64,000 bases of DNA, taken from the IMG/VR virus record IMGVR_UViG_3300022752_000014. One strand, written 5' to 3'. The notes under the pieces were generated by a model, which saw nothing but the letters and a program-made list of their open reading frames with translations, made no database searches and was not told the DNA's origin. Every line of letters begins with the position of its first letter. Position 1 is the first letter of the stretch. The translations under genes were made by a program, and so were the position numbers. This document shows positions 12,101-22,700 of the stretch, in pieces. This DNA is from a virus (taxonomy: Duplodnaviria; Caudoviricetes).

Positions 12101-15100
12101 TAGGAATTACTTCTACTGACTTTGGAGTTGGTATTGGAACAACAGACAAATTGCCATCTAGTGTTTATGTGGTGAAAGTTAATGAAAATACGATTAAACT
12201 TTCTAAGAGTGCTCAAGATGCTTTAAATTCAACTCCAAATGTTTTAGACTTAACAACCGTAGGTATAGGGACTTCGCACGCATTTATTTCTACAAATCAA
12301 AATGCAAAAGTTATTGTTGCAATTGATAATTTAATTCAAGCACCTATTGTTGCTACGGCACAAACAACTACATTATTAATTAATGCATTTAGTACTGATG
12401 ACATACTTTATGTCAGCGGAATAACTTCTTTCTTTGGTGGAGATTTGATTAAGATTGGAAATGAAATTATGAGAATTGACTCTGTTGGTGTTGGAAGTAC
12501 AAATGCAATCAGAGTTAGAAGACCTTGGATGGGAACAGCAGTCGCGGGATATTCCACAGGATCTTTAGTGACAAAGGTAAATGGAAATTACAATATTGTA
12601 GATAATACCATTAATTTCATAGAAGCTCCTTTTGGAAATATACCTTTAAGTACAAGCACAAATCCGCCAAATGAAAGAGACTGGATTGGAATATCAACAA
12701 GTTCTAGATTCCAAGGGAGAACCTTCCTAAGATCTGGATCTCCTGCGAGTACGAACGAAACTTATTCTAAAAATTATATTTTTACTGATATTTCAAATCA
12801 ATTCAATGGAAAAACAAAAAATTTCAATCTAAAATCAAATGGATCAAACGTAACAGGAATCGCTACAGAAAATGCTGTCATACTAATTAATGATATCTTC
12901 CAGGGACCCGGTTTAACTAATGATTATAATTTGGTAGAGTCTGCTGGAATAACTTCCATTACATTTACTGGTGCTGCTACCTCTATTGCATATGATGTGA
13001 ATACTTCATCTTTACCTTCTGGTGGTGTAATAGTATCGGTAGGATCTACAGAGGGTTTTGGATATCAACCTTTGGTCTCCGCAGGTGGCACTGCAATTGT
13101 ATCTGGTCTCGGCACCATTTCTTCTATTAGTATTGGCAACAGTGGATCTGGATATAGATCTGGTCTACAAGTTGTAAGAGTTGGAGTGGCAACATCATCT
13201 ACAGGAGTTTTACCAATTCAATTTATTGGTATTGCATCAGTAAGTAATGGACACGTTGTTAGTGTTGCTATTACAAATCCAGGATCTGGATACACTTCAA
13301 CAAATCCACCATATGTAATAATTGATTCTCCTCTCTCATACTCAAATCTTTCCCTTGTTTATAGTTCTTCTTCAGTAACTGGTGTAGGAAGTCAAGCAAC
13401 AGTTGATGTTGTTGTTGGTCAAGGATCAAGTGTTATAGATTTTGAAATCAAAAATCTTGGGTATGGATATGGTCAAGGAGAGATACTTACAGTTTCTATT
13501 GGTGGAACGGTTGGAATTCCTACAGATCCAACTAAACCATTTAAAGAATTCCAAATCTCTATTCAGAATACAATTAATAATAAGTTTAATGGATGGTCAA
13601 TTGGAGAACTTCAAGTCTTAGATAATATTGAAAACTTATTTGATGGATCAAGATTAATATTCCCATTAAAAGTTGCTGGATCATTGAAATCATTTAGATC
13701 AGCAAAAGGTTCAAACATCAATATTCAAGATAATTTCTTAGTCTTCTTGAATGATGTCTTACAAGTGCCTGGATCTGGATATCAGTTTGCTGGTGGTAGT
13801 GTAATTACATTTACAGAAGCTCCAAAATCTGGAGATACTTGCAAAATTATTTTCTATAGAGGAAGTGGTTCAATTGATGTTATTGAAAGAAATATATTAG
13901 AAACTGTTAAACTCGGTGATGGGCTAACAATTGGTTATGATGCTGGTTTAGGTCAATCTCCGACTTTACAAGAGAGCGAAAGAACTGTAAATTTCATTGA
14001 ATCCGAATCTACAAATTTAGTCAAAACTTTACCATACTATGGTCCAGGATTATCAAATAATCCAATTACATTAAGACCAGTTACTTGGTGTAGACAAACT
14101 GAAGATAAAATTATTGACGAAAAAGAAGTTGGTAAGGACAGAATTCTATATGAAGCTTCTATCTACCCATCTTCATATTTAATTCAATCAGTTGGAATTG
14201 GATCTACCATTGCATTTGTCGATACAATTCGTCCATTCTTTAATCCAATTAATGAAAATGATATTTCATTGACATTCCAAAAAGATATTGCAATCTTATC
14301 TCAAGATAGCAAAGTTGCCGCGGCTGCTACTGCAATTGTAAGCATTGCAGGAACTATTTCTTCAATACAAATCTCTGACGGCGGATTTGGTTATACAAGT
14401 TCTCCAACAGTAACAATTGAAAATGCAGTTGGATTTGGATCAACGGCAGTGGGTATTGCATCAATCACTGCTGGAATTGTAACTTCTATCTCTATAACAG
14501 GACCAGGAACGGGATACACATCAACGAATGTTCCAAACGTTCTCATTTCTCCACCCGCTTTCTCAGTCGAAGAAAACACAGTTAATAGTTATGAAGGAGA
14601 CTTTGGAATTATTACGGGAGTTTCTACAACATCTGTAGGTGTTGCTTCTACTGGAGTAGTATTTGATTTTGTAATTCCAAATGATTCTCCACTTAGAAAT
14701 TCTTCAATTACTGGAGTAACAACAGTTAGTGGAATCACTACAGGATATTATTTTGTTGTTCATCGTTCTAATGTTGGTAAAGGAGTTACTTCTTTAAATT
14801 CTAATGGTTCTACTATTGGAATAGGCACTACTTTCTTAGATAATGTCTATCAAGCAGTTGCAGTTTCTATTGCACAAACCGCTGTTCCTGGTTTAGGAAT
14901 AACTCACGTTGCAAAAGTAACAGTAAGTCTTTCTTCTTATAATAATCTTTCTGGAATGGGTTATAGTAGTTTCTTTGGTGAGTATAGTTGGGGAAGAATT
15001 TCTTTGGGAAGCAGAAAGAAAGAAAGTGCTTACAATGCATATGTCACAAATGGTTATGTTGGAATTGCAACAGGAACTATGATTCGAAGAAATTCTCCCC

Positions 15101-15126
15101 TTAAATACCTCAATTACATTTCATAA
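3127..15126 (+). CDS. gp7: Giant baseplate protein (gp7-like wedge initiator, 3999 aa) with repeated beta-domains
   Basis: Between gp6 and gp8; QLPAYVREEFP and IKDFYQSKGTDES N-terminal motifs; IIGWAYDGNPIYGPYG; IQDSDFYQNFSYSIKS; many NxGxGY and HG(F/L)xxG repeats. Confidence 0.78.
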   Translation: MTEKRVQFSNIVQNQLPAYVREEFPLISEFLSQYYISQEFQGAPVDLIQNIDQYVKVDEIANNSNSLYLSTSINDIDTTIVVDVGKNPEGTLNFPDSYGLLQIGDEIITYTGKTTNSFTGCIRGFSGITSYTTQNAPDQLTFKSSKSSSHNSGTKVVNLSSLFLKQFLSKIKYQLSPGFEDRTLYSGLDQSIFLKQIKDFYQSKGTDESFIILFKVLYGKDVKIIKPKENLFRPSDAQYRLTNDVVVESISGDPSDLINQTLQQNAYGNISYARSPITYIEKIVSGVGNTYYKLSLDSGYNRDIIANGATVGKFTVHPQTKIIGPVSTGVTVFDVDSTVGFSSSGELLVKYGDDSTGIVTYTSKTLTQFFGCSGVSKTILDGAAIGINTYASAYKPNGSLVKLRVTSVLNSTEIIGDTRYHSKDDTSIIRTLGVKIEDTPSKNWFFNIPVSYKVKSIFSLGTNDTYNITTDKKNVLKIGDKVDVISSSGVKKTSTVIDLISDTTFTIKGQGSLSLSDTYTIKKIILKVNSSFFPGASTLNSNVQNVYKLNQKTLVSSPSIPSYYNQSLNATNRLVTISGSFSGDTFTITPNSDHGFYTGDSVYYTPASPTNSLFDEGIYFIKRVDSNKIKLAKSRSNIFNNIFVSISSATTVTSDKIELYDLKSKTLGSQKILREIDTPIEDGNVYETNPGFTGILINGVEVLNYKASESINYGKLERVNVIAPGSNYDIINPPVLSISDSVGSGATGFCAIKGSLQEIRIIDPGFDYLDTPIIKITGGNGVGAKAYANMKLISHESVFNSQGNAALIDIGSATSTIGFTTYHKFRNGERVIYKTDSQRGVGGLSTDSSYFVSVKDNFTVKLHNTLNDAISGINTVVLSSYGIGNHKLQSYNQKSVLKSINIENPGFGYENKKRTTTHLGINTSLSQIEIESHNYESGETIVYTTDFTPIGGLSTNTNYIVTKVNDNEFKLSTVGVGSTDYDFYYKTKQYVDLTSTGIGTHTFNYPEIKVELIGNVGLSSIGTKTFDAVVQPIFRGQITSVHLTSKGVGYGSSEIINFYRQPSFALKSGKSAQLNPIVSTDGRLIEVLVDNVGSEYNSPPTLTIIGSGSGAVVTPIITNGQLTSVKVIESGLGYTQESTSIIVTPAGSSAEFSGKIQSWTINLYKKYYSSITPDDGFVTKGLNEKFGLQYSHLYAPRKLREIIQPVDQSGNKVYGKTDLAKENNVEANSTSHSPIIGWAYDGNPIYGPYGYVTKTGGIVSQLKSSYILENKPNRPSSTLFESGFFVEDFTYYKKSDDTFLDEKNGRFCVTPEYPKGVYAYFATFETSPDSGGKFVGYKQPKFPYLIGNSFKSKPNEFNFLKNSNQDDFDLNQTNWSRNTYFYNLINDEASYPYITVPNKLNQTVDVKFATPGVIESIGIVTGGQNYRVNDSLVFDNTNTQGDGASARIFKLKGKEVTTVSVATSSISEVEIYPGENKDDYIIFAENPHNFKNYDDIAVSGLNTTSSLLEGSYQIGVSTNILILSGIGTTTGTITTGIGSTGVTGIITYINVKGTLNYPIIRENDVLSIENEKVKVLNVDKLNSRIRVIRSYQGTSGVAHTASTLIKESPRKLTINAGYKTSYDYRINKQLYFNPADSVGLGTLFGVGIGTTITFSNPGAGITQIFIPTKSIYIPGHGLETGDLVTYSNNGGSSLVISSTGIGTTSLSDQSNVYVAKISDDLIGIATVRVGLGSTGTFVGIASTQRSESTVYFISNGTGVYHSFKTNFSVITGTIERNIVTVSCAATHGLNNNDTVYIDVNPSISTTITVKYDDYNRKVIVNPKSFAGVNTSTNTITISNHGFYSGQKVIHTSTAPSGGLQNEGEYFIVKVDKNNFKLSTTFYGATKLIPTIVGITSSSTGNISPINPPLTLYKNSQVIFDVSDSSLSYVNQSQRYPAFSLDFYRDSNFTQIFETSGKKNTFEVQKSGIVGVSSNAKVILTVNSNIPQKLYYKLTPVYESTIPDDKKYLGIDSEIVLNNQIEVLESKYNGEKVITSVSSTSFTYTLPTTPENSSYVSSASSISYTTNSTNAFGSISEIEIVNGGRNYYSLPGISTIISSNGQNAILEASSTSIGKIKKTKINDIGFDFPSDLTLRPSVSLNQVIKVEPLSSLKSVGVNSFGRGYSSAPKLLVFDGKTNKIIPEVDLKYTLGQNQVEIRKNTYGLNNATPTILPVQNSNGVGIGSIKYNSNTKEVIVTLSVGFSTADSFPFKVNDRVLIEGISVGVGSTATGYNSENYNYKLFTLTSVTENRGGIGSVSYSLDGILTGSQIPGTYDPVNSAGRIIPEKYFPSFEIQLQKNNYLIGEPIKSNTTSGYVDGWNSTINQLRAVSKDNFIEGEIIEGLTSKTQGIASIVDTTDSFFKLDSTSLVDNGWQVNAGFLNTNSERIQDSDFYQNFSYSIKSQVSYDDWKDAVSTLNHTTGFKKFAEYQLETKNSNSMAVGLSTEKTYIDVTSDIISFVDLNCVTDFDLVRENSLKLGEKTFSNEITFSNKILTDYSESIGNRVLSIDDISSEFNSNPRSTRFSEVHRFSLSDARAQKYITYVSDRRYVGQRQLMLVTLLHSDGVGYLNQYARLESTYDLGSFDFSIEGSEGILTFNPTNYSINDYTVTTLAYNLKDVMLGINTLNFGDLVTTQTSSGSVSSGSTTIVGVGTTYTSAKVLVELTGSNGQYEFDELNIVHDGTNVELLEYGQITNHSLDVYSSSGLGTYYPYISGSQLKVDFYPNTGVAVTFNTFQTLLGGSSSGIGTYDMKHARLQGISTSISSSGSPVATSIIEYPGDYDCSYSIVQVADTTNNRYQLSEIAALDNQTDESSGETYIVEFANVETYSGLGTFGIRKNSSTTQITFTPLANINTRVVGFFNALRSQDDVKDVVSFNNGSIETNFGTYFGTERDIKRAFDLKHKGYQIFRRDFDGSSVSIANTLTNSITIPNHFFVTGEQITYTNPGAGTTQAIGITSTDFGVGIGTTDKLPSSVYVVKVNENTIKLSKSAQDALNSTPNVLDLTTVGIGTSHAFISTNQNAKVIVAIDNLIQAPIVATAQTTTLLINAFSTDDILYVSGITSFFGGDLIKIGNEIMRIDSVGVGSTNAIRVRRPWMGTAVAGYSTGSLVTKVNGNYNIVDNTINFIEAPFGNIPLSTSTNPPNERDWIGISTSSRFQGRTFLRSGSPASTNETYSKNYIFTDISNQFNGKTKNFNLKSNGSNVTGIATENAVILINDIFQGPGLTNDYNLVESAGITSITFTGAATSIAYDVNTSSLPSGGVIVSVGSTEGFGYQPLVSAGGTAIVSGLGTISSISIGNSGSGYRSGLQVVRVGVATSSTGVLPIQFIGIASVSNGHVVSVAITNPGSGYTSTNPPYVIIDSPLSYSNLSLVYSSSSVTGVGSQATVDVVVGQGSSVIDFEIKNLGYGYGQGEILTVSIGGTVGIPTDPTKPFKEFQISIQNTINNKFNGWSIGELQVLDNIENLFDGSRLIFPLKVAGSLKSFRSAKGSNINIQDNFLVFLNDVLQVPGSGYQFAGGSVITFTEAPKSGDTCKIIFYRGSGSIDVIERNILETVKLGDGLTIGYDAGLGQSPTLQESERTVNFIESESTNLVKTLPYYGPGLSNNPITLRPVTWCRQTEDKIIDEKEVGKDRILYEASIYPSSYLIQSVGIGSTIAFVDTIRPFFNPINENDISLTFQKDIAILSQDSKVAAAATAIVSIAGTISSIQISDGGFGYTSSPTVTIENAVGFGSTAVGIASITAGIVTSISITGPGTGYTSTNVPNVLISPPAFSVEENTVNSYEGDFGIITGVSTTSVGVASTGVVFDFVIPNDSPLRNSSITGVTTVSGITTGYYFVVHRSNVGKGVTSLNSNGSTIGIGTTFLDNVYQAVAVSIAQTAVPGLGITHVAKVTVSLSSYNNLSGMGYSSFFGEYSWGRISLGSRKKESAYNAYVTNGYVGIATGTMIRRNSPLKYLNYIS

Positions 15127-15129
15127 ATA
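15122..15129 (+). promoter_or_regulatory. Late promoter for gp8
   Basis: CATAAATA overlapping the gp7 stop, 18 nt before the gp8 ATG. Confidence 0.65.
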
Positions 15130-15146
15130 GATAAAAAACTGCTCAA

Positions 15147-16697
15147 ATGGCTGCAATTATAACTGATCAGATTAGAATATTAAATGCTAAGAATTTTGTT
15201 GCTGGGGTAAGTTCTTCGGGTAATTCCTATTACTCTTTTATAGGACTACCAAATCCAACAGAAATTCAATCTGATTGGGACACAAACCCTCCTTCACCAA
15301 AAGATTCTTTTGACGAAGAAAATAGTTATTGGGATACTATGATTGCACTTAAGAGAATTAGTGCATCTGAAGTTAGACAAGTTGTTCAAAAAAGGTTTTG
15401 GTCTTCTGGAACAACTTATGATATGTATCGTCATGATTATAGTAGATCAAATACTGCTAAAGTTTCTGGAGCAACCAATTTATATGCAGCATCTTATTAT
15501 ATTTTAAACAGTGATTATAGAGTTTACATATGCCTACAAAACGGAACAACACCAGACACTCCAAATGGAAAACCCTGCCTAGATGAACCAACATTTACAG
15601 ATCTAGAACCAAGATCCGCTGGTTCAAGTGGCGATGGTTATATTTGGAAATATCTGTATACTCTAAAACCTGCAGAGGTTACTAAGTTTGAAACTTCTGA
15701 TTTTATTCCTGTTCCTGCAAATTGGGATTCTTCCGTCGACAATACTGCAGTAAGAGATAATGCAGTGGATGGTTCAATCAAAATTGTAACAATAACCAAC
15801 AGAGGTGTGGGATTAGGAACTGCAAATAGAACTTACACTAGAGTTCCTATTAAAGGAGATGGAACTGGTGCTGAGTGTACTATTGTTGTCAATAATGATT
15901 CAAAAGTAGAAACGGTTACGGTCTCAAGTCAAGGATCTGGATATACTTATGGAAATGTTGATCTGTTAGCGGGAGGAGTACCAACAGGAACAACTAGACC
16001 CACCTTTAATGTAATTATTTCACCAAAAGGTGGCCACGGTGCAGATATATATCGTGAGTTGGGTGCATATAATGTTCTTCTTTATTCAAGAATAGAAAAT
16101 GATATTCAAAATCCAGATTTTATAACTGGGAATCAAATTGCCAGAGTTGGAATTGTTGAAAATCCAAAAGTAAGTTCTGGCACTCTACTTACATCCGATA
16201 AAGCAAGTGCAGTTTATGCTCTTAAATTAACTGGTATTGGATATAGTTCTGCAACATTTATTGCAGACTCATATGTAAAGCAGACAGTTGCAACAGGAAC
16301 TACTGCTGTTGGAAGAGTAGTTAGTTATGATCAAACCACAGGTGTTTTAAAGTATTGGCAAGACAGATCTCTAGCAGGATTTAATACTGTTGGTGTTGCA
16401 GTTACTAATCCAACATACGGATTCGATTTAACAGAATTTACTAGTTCTCCATCAACTGGAGGAAGTTTAACGATTGTTCCTTCCTCTGGTTCTAATTTAG
16501 CAATTGATACTTCTTTCACAGGTATATCTACAGTAATAAATAGTAGGACATATTACCTTGGACAGGAATTTACTAATGGTTTAGCAAATCCTGAAGTCAA
16601 AAAGTATTCAGGAAATATCATTTACGTTGACAACCGTCCAGCAATCACTAGATCATCAAACCAAAAAGAAGATATTAAAGTCATTTTGCAGTTCTAA
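15147..16697 (+). CDS. gp8: Baseplate wedge subunit gp8
   Basis: MAAIITDQIRILNA, YRVYICLQNG, DGYIWKYLYT, SGNIIYVDNR..I.R...QKEDIKVILQF. Confidence 0.92.
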   Translation: MAAIITDQIRILNAKNFVAGVSSSGNSYYSFIGLPNPTEIQSDWDTNPPSPKDSFDEENSYWDTMIALKRISASEVRQVVQKRFWSSGTTYDMYRHDYSRSNTAKVSGATNLYAASYYILNSDYRVYICLQNGTTPDTPNGKPCLDEPTFTDLEPRSAGSSGDGYIWKYLYTLKPAEVTKFETSDFIPVPANWDSSVDNTAVRDNAVDGSIKIVTITNRGVGLGTANRTYTRVPIKGDGTGAECTIVVNNDSKVETVTVSSQGSGYTYGNVDLLAGGVPTGTTRPTFNVIISPKGGHGADIYRELGAYNVLLYSRIENDIQNPDFITGNQIARVGIVENPKVSSGTLLTSDKASAVYALKLTGIGYSSATFIADSYVKQTVATGTTAVGRVVSYDQTTGVLKYWQDRSLAGFNTVGVAVTNPTYGFDLTEFTSSPSTGGSLTIVPSSGSNLAIDTSFTGISTVINSRTYYLGQEFTNGLANPEVKKYSGNIIYVDNRPAITRSSNQKEDIKVILQF

Positions 16698-16703
16698 AGA
16701 ATT

Positions 16704-19700
16704 ATGTCTCAGGCAACTAACCTCAATGTAGCTCCATATTTTGATGACTTTGATGCAAACAATGGATATCATAGAGTTCTTTTTAAACCAGGATATCCTG
16801 TACAGGCAAGAGAACTAACAACTTTACAATCGATATTACAAAACCAAATTGAAAAATTTGGTCAACATTTTTTTAAAGAAGGTGCAAAGGTAATTCCAGG
16901 AAATACTGGATATACTCAACTTTACTATGCAGTAGAGCTGCAAAATACATATCTTGGCGTACCTGTTTCTGCTTATGCAGATCAGTTGGTGGGGACAAAA
17001 ATAACAGGACAGACATCTGGGGTAACAGCAGTTGTAGATAAAGTTTTATCTTCTACTGACTCTGAAAGGGGCAACTTAACTCTTTATGTAAATTACATAT
17101 CATCAAATACTCAAAATAATTCTACACAGCAATTTTCTGACGGAGAATTGTTAACTTGTAATACACAAATTACATCTGGGTTATTGGGTAATTCATTAAT
17201 TACTGCCGGACAACCATTTGCATCAACAATTGCACAAAATGCAACTTCTATTGGATCTGCATTTTCAATCACAAATGGAGTTTATTTTGTTAGAGGTCAG
17301 TTTGTAAATGTAAATACTGAAACTTTGATTTTAGATCAATATTCCAACACACCAAACTATAGAGTTGGATTGTTTATTAATGAAGAGATTGTTACATCTT
17401 ATATGGACGAATCTCTAAATGACAATTCTCAAGGATTTAATAATTATTCTGCTCCTGGTGCGGATAGATTAAAAATTACAGTTTCATTATTTAAAAAATC
17501 CTTAACTGATTTTAATGATGGAAACTTTGTTGAACTGGCAACAATTAAAGATGGAGTAATTAGATCTCAGCAAAAAACAACAGAATATAGTCTTGTTACA
17601 GATGAACTAGCAAGAAGGACATATGCAGAATCTGGCGATTATTACGTAACTCCTTTTGATGTATCATTAAAAGAATCACTTAATGATAATGTAGGAAACA
17701 ATGGACTTTTCGATGCGGGACAGTTTACTTACAGTGGTTCAACTCCATCACAAAATTTAGCTGTTTATCAATTTTCTCCAGGAAAAGCGTTTGTTAGAGG
17801 ATATGAATGCGAAACTATAAGTCCTACATTTTTAGATTGTCCTAAACCAAGAACTACCAAAACTCTTGAAAATCAATCATTAAATTATAATACGGGACCA
17901 ACTCTAAAGTTAAATAGAGTTTATGGAGCTCCAAAAATTGGAATTGGCAATACATACGTATTAAGTCTTAGAAACTCTAGAGTTGGAACAAATCAAAGAA
18001 CTGCTCCCGGAAAAGAAATAGGGGTGGCTAGAGTTTATGACTTCAGACTAGAGTCTGGTTCATATGATACTGCAAATGCAAATCTAAATCAATGGAATAT
18101 TTCTCTATATGATGTACAAACTATTACAGAAATAACATTAAATGAAGCGATTACCTTATCTACACCTACTTTTATCAAAGGTAAAAATAGTGGTGCGACA
18201 GCATTTTTAAAAGATTCTGTCACTGCTGGAGTAGCACTTACTGTTTACGATAAAACTGGCGATTTTATCCTAAACGAATCATTTATTATTGATGGTATTG
18301 AAAACACTAGAGTGGCGACTGCGATTACTTCTTATGGTTTTTCCGATATTCAATCAGTTTATGGAATTGTTGGATCTGCCTCTACATTCTCTGCAGATAC
18401 AATTGAATCTGTAAAATTCAATGTGGGAATAGCAAGTATTACGCCTCTTTCCGCTGGTGTTAGTACAATCACAAGCCCAAATAAGTTATTTTCCGGAAGA
18501 TCCGTTAAAGTTGGAAACCTAATTCAATATAGTGACCCCGCTTTTACTGATCCTGTTTATGCAAGAGTTGTTAGCACTGGAAACACCTCAGTTTCTGTTG
18601 CCGGCGTAACAACAGTATCGGGAATTAATGAAGCTAAATTACCAACGGTTGCTCTCAATGTAACCGATCTCAAAATTTTAGGAACAAATTTAGAAACTTC
18701 AACAGACAATACACTATACACAAGACTTCCTAAAGTCAATATTTCAAATGTAGATTTAACAAATGCCGTTCTTGGAATTAGAACAGTCTTTACAGTAAAT
18801 ATATCCCAAAATCAATTAACTATTCCGGTAACTGCCGGTAATAATGAAACTTTCTTACCATTTGACGAAGAACGATATGCATTAATTACTTCAAATGGAC
18901 AAACTGAAGTTTTAACCTCAGATAGAGTGCAAATTGATTCTAGTGGAACTTCTCTCACAATCTATAATCTTTCTACCTCATCAGATACTGGGGCAACTTT
19001 AATTGCGACAACTAGAAAAATAAAACCAAAGGAAAAAATCAAGAGAAAAAATAGAGTCAATTATGTTATTGTAGATAAGTCAAAATATGAGCACTCTGGT
19101 TTAGGAGCAACTACTCTAAATGATGGACTTACTTACGGTAACTATCCATTTGGAACTAGAGTTCAGGATGAAATTATTTCTCTTAATGAGGCGGACATCA
19201 TTGAAGTTCATGGAATATTTGAATCCACAAATACTTCAACGGCATCAGCACCTACCGTTGTTCTTTCTTCAATTAGTGGCACAACGGCAACCACGTCAGA
19301 TTTGATTATTGGCGAAAAAGTAACAGGTCAAACTAGTGGTGCTGTTGCGATTGTTGCCGAAAAGATTAATGATACGCAGATATCATTTATTTACAAAAAT
19401 CAAAAAATCTTTAAAGAGGGAGAGACTTTAAAATTTGAAGAATCTCAAATTCAAGCAGTAGTTCAAACAATAAATTCTTCAAGTTTTGATATTTCTTCAA
19501 ACTTTACATTTACAAATGGTCAAGAAATAACATTTTATGATTATGGTTCAATAAGAAGAAAACCAGAATTTCAGGAACCGACTAAAAAATTAAAAATATA
19601 TTTTTCTAATGGATATTATGGGTCTAATGATGACGGAGATATAACTACAACTAATTCTTATAACACTTTTGACTATTCAAAAGAAATTCAATCAATAAAT

Positions 19701-22700
19701 GGAATTAGAAATACTGATATTATTGACATTCGTCCCAAAACTTCAACATATACTGTCAGTGTAGATGCAAGATCTCCATTAGAATTCTATGGCAGAACGT
19801 TTAATTCATCAGGAAACTCTGCTAAAAATATTCTAGCATCTGATGAATCAATTCTAACTACATTCTCATTCTATCTTGGAAGAATTGATAGAGTTTACCT
19901 TACTAAAGAAGGAAAATTCCAAGTCAAGTATGGAGTTCCTGCAGAAAAACCAGAGAAGCCAGTATCTGTCGATGATGCACTAGAAATCGCAACTATCAAT
20001 CTTCCAGCATATCTTTATAATGTTTCTCAAGCATCTATTCAATTCTTGGAGCACAAAAGATATAGAATGGTTGATATTAAACAACTTGAAAATAGAATTA
20101 AAAATCTTGAATATTATACCGCTTTATCTTTACTTGAAACAAATACTGCAAATCTATTCATTCCAGATAATGATGGACTGAATAGATTCAAGTCTGGATT
20201 TTTTGTTGATAATTTTACCTCACTATTAGCTCAAGAGGACTCTGTTCTTTATAAAAACAGTATTGATATCACCAATAAGCAATTAAGGCCAAGACATTAT
20301 ACAAACTCTGTTGATTTAATTTTTGGTCCTATAACTGGTGTTGATCCAACAGAAGATCTTGCATTTACTCCTATTGAAGGCGTTAATGTAAGAAAATCAA
20401 AAGATATTATCACATTAGACTATGCAGAAGTTGAATGGTTAAAGCAATCTTTTGCAACTAGATCAGAAAGCATTACTCCATTCTTAATTAGTTTTTGGCA
20501 GGGAACACTAGAACTAACTCCAGCATCTGATACCTGGGTTGATACTGTAAGACTTCAAGCAAAAACTATTCAGGCAGAAGGTAATTATGCAGAAACTTTA
20601 TCAAATGCAGTCAGAACTCTTAATGTAGATCCTCAAACAGGATTTGCCCCTGTTGTTTGGAATGCATGGCAGACCAATTGGACCGGTTCATCAGTTGTTA
20701 CTAGCACTTCAACAAGAACAGAATCTTCTTCTAGAACTTTTGGTGTTGGTGGTTGGATTAATGGTGGAACTGGTAGTGCTCAGTTGTTTGAAGCTCAAAC
20801 AACTTCAGTTATTCAAGAAACTGTCACGCAAGTAGTATCAACTGGAGTTCAGTCAAGAACTGGTACGAGAACGATCATAACTGAACAATTTGATAATACG
20901 TCTGTAGGTGACCGCGTTGTAAGTAGAAATCTCATCCCTTATATGAGATCAAGAAATATTCAATTTGTTTCCAAAAAACTCAAACCACTAACTCAAATTT
21001 ATGCATTCTTTGATGGCGTTAATGTAACAAAATACTGTGTTCCAAAACTATTAGAAATCTCCATGATCTCTGGAACATTTGCTGTTGGTGAAAAAGTTAT
21101 TGCAACAGTTCAAAATACAGGACTTAATCCAAGTCTAGGACAGGATTTGGCAAGAATTTCTTTTAGAGTTGCACAATCAAATCATAAAGAAGGTCCATAT
21201 AATGCAGCAACAACAACCTATCCAAATAATCCATACACGGGTCAAATTCTGCAATCAACATATTCATCTACTTCAAATATTTTAAATGTTGATACATTTT
21301 CACTTTCGAATCAACCTCAAGGAGAATATAGTGGATGGGTAGAGTCTGGTATGATACTGGTGGGTCAAACTAGTGGAGCTCAGGCAACTTTAACTAAAGT
21401 AAGACTTGTTTCTGATTTATCAGCAACACTAATCGGAAGTTTTTTCATTCCCAATCCAAATACAAATATTCATCCAAAATTTGAAGCTGGAACTAAAACA
21501 TTCACATTAGTAAATAGCAATTCTAATGACCAGAATGTTGCTACGACTATTGCTGAAGAAGGATTTATATCTAGTGGGACTCTTGAAACTGTCCAAGAAA
21601 ATATTATCTCAGTAAGAAACGCAAGAATTCAAAATAAACAAGAGTTTGAAGAGAGAGCAATTTCTAGTTCATCATCATCATCTTCTGCTAACGTTATCGG
21701 TCAAGCAACAACAACTAATCTTATTGGATGGTACGATCCTCTAGCACAATCTTTCTTGGTTGAGGATAATACTGGAGTATTTTTAACAAAATGCGATGTA
21801 TTCTTTAGATCGAAAGATGACATGGATATTCCAGTCACCTTCCAGTTGAGAACAATGCAGAATGGATTTCCAACGCAAAAAATTCTTCCATTCTCTGAAA
21901 TTACTTTAGATCCAGCAGATGTTCAAACATCCGCCGATGGTTCTGTTGCAACAACTTTTGATTTTGATGCTCCTGTTTATCTAGAGGGTGGCAAAGAATA
22001 TTGCATATGTCTTGCATCAAACTCCACAAAATATAGTGTTTATATTTCAAGAATTGGAGAAAATGATCTTTTAACTCAGACATTTATTTCTAATCAACCA
22101 TATCTTGGATCTCTATTCAAGTCACAAAATGCTTCCACTTGGGAGGCAAGTCAGTGGGAAGATCTTAAGTTTACTCTTTATAGAGCAGACTTTTTAACTT
22201 CAGGAACTGTAGAGTTTTACAACCCAGAACTCACTGAAGGCAACAAGCAAATTCCTACATTAATGCCAAATTCAATCAATCTAATTTCCAATAAGATTAG
22301 AGTTGGACTTGGATCGACTGTTGTAGATGCTGGATTAACCTTAGGTAATAAAGTTATTCAACAAGGAACTAATGCAACTGCGACTTATGTTGGATCTGCA
22401 GGAAGTGCCACTGGCAAACTAAATGTAATCAATTCTGGTATTGGATATACTCCATCTAGTGGGGGATTAACAATTAATAATATTAATCTAGTAACTATTA
22501 CTGGTAATGGTAAAAATGCAACAGCAAATGTCACAGTTTCTAATGGAGTTGCTATTGCAGCAACTGTTGTAAGCGGTGGTGTTGGTTATCAAGTTGGTGA
22601 TGTTGTTGGAATTAGTACATTTGGATCAATTTCTGTTGGGAAAAATGCAAGATTTTCTGTTGGACTTATTACTGCAACAAATCAATTAATACTTGATAAT

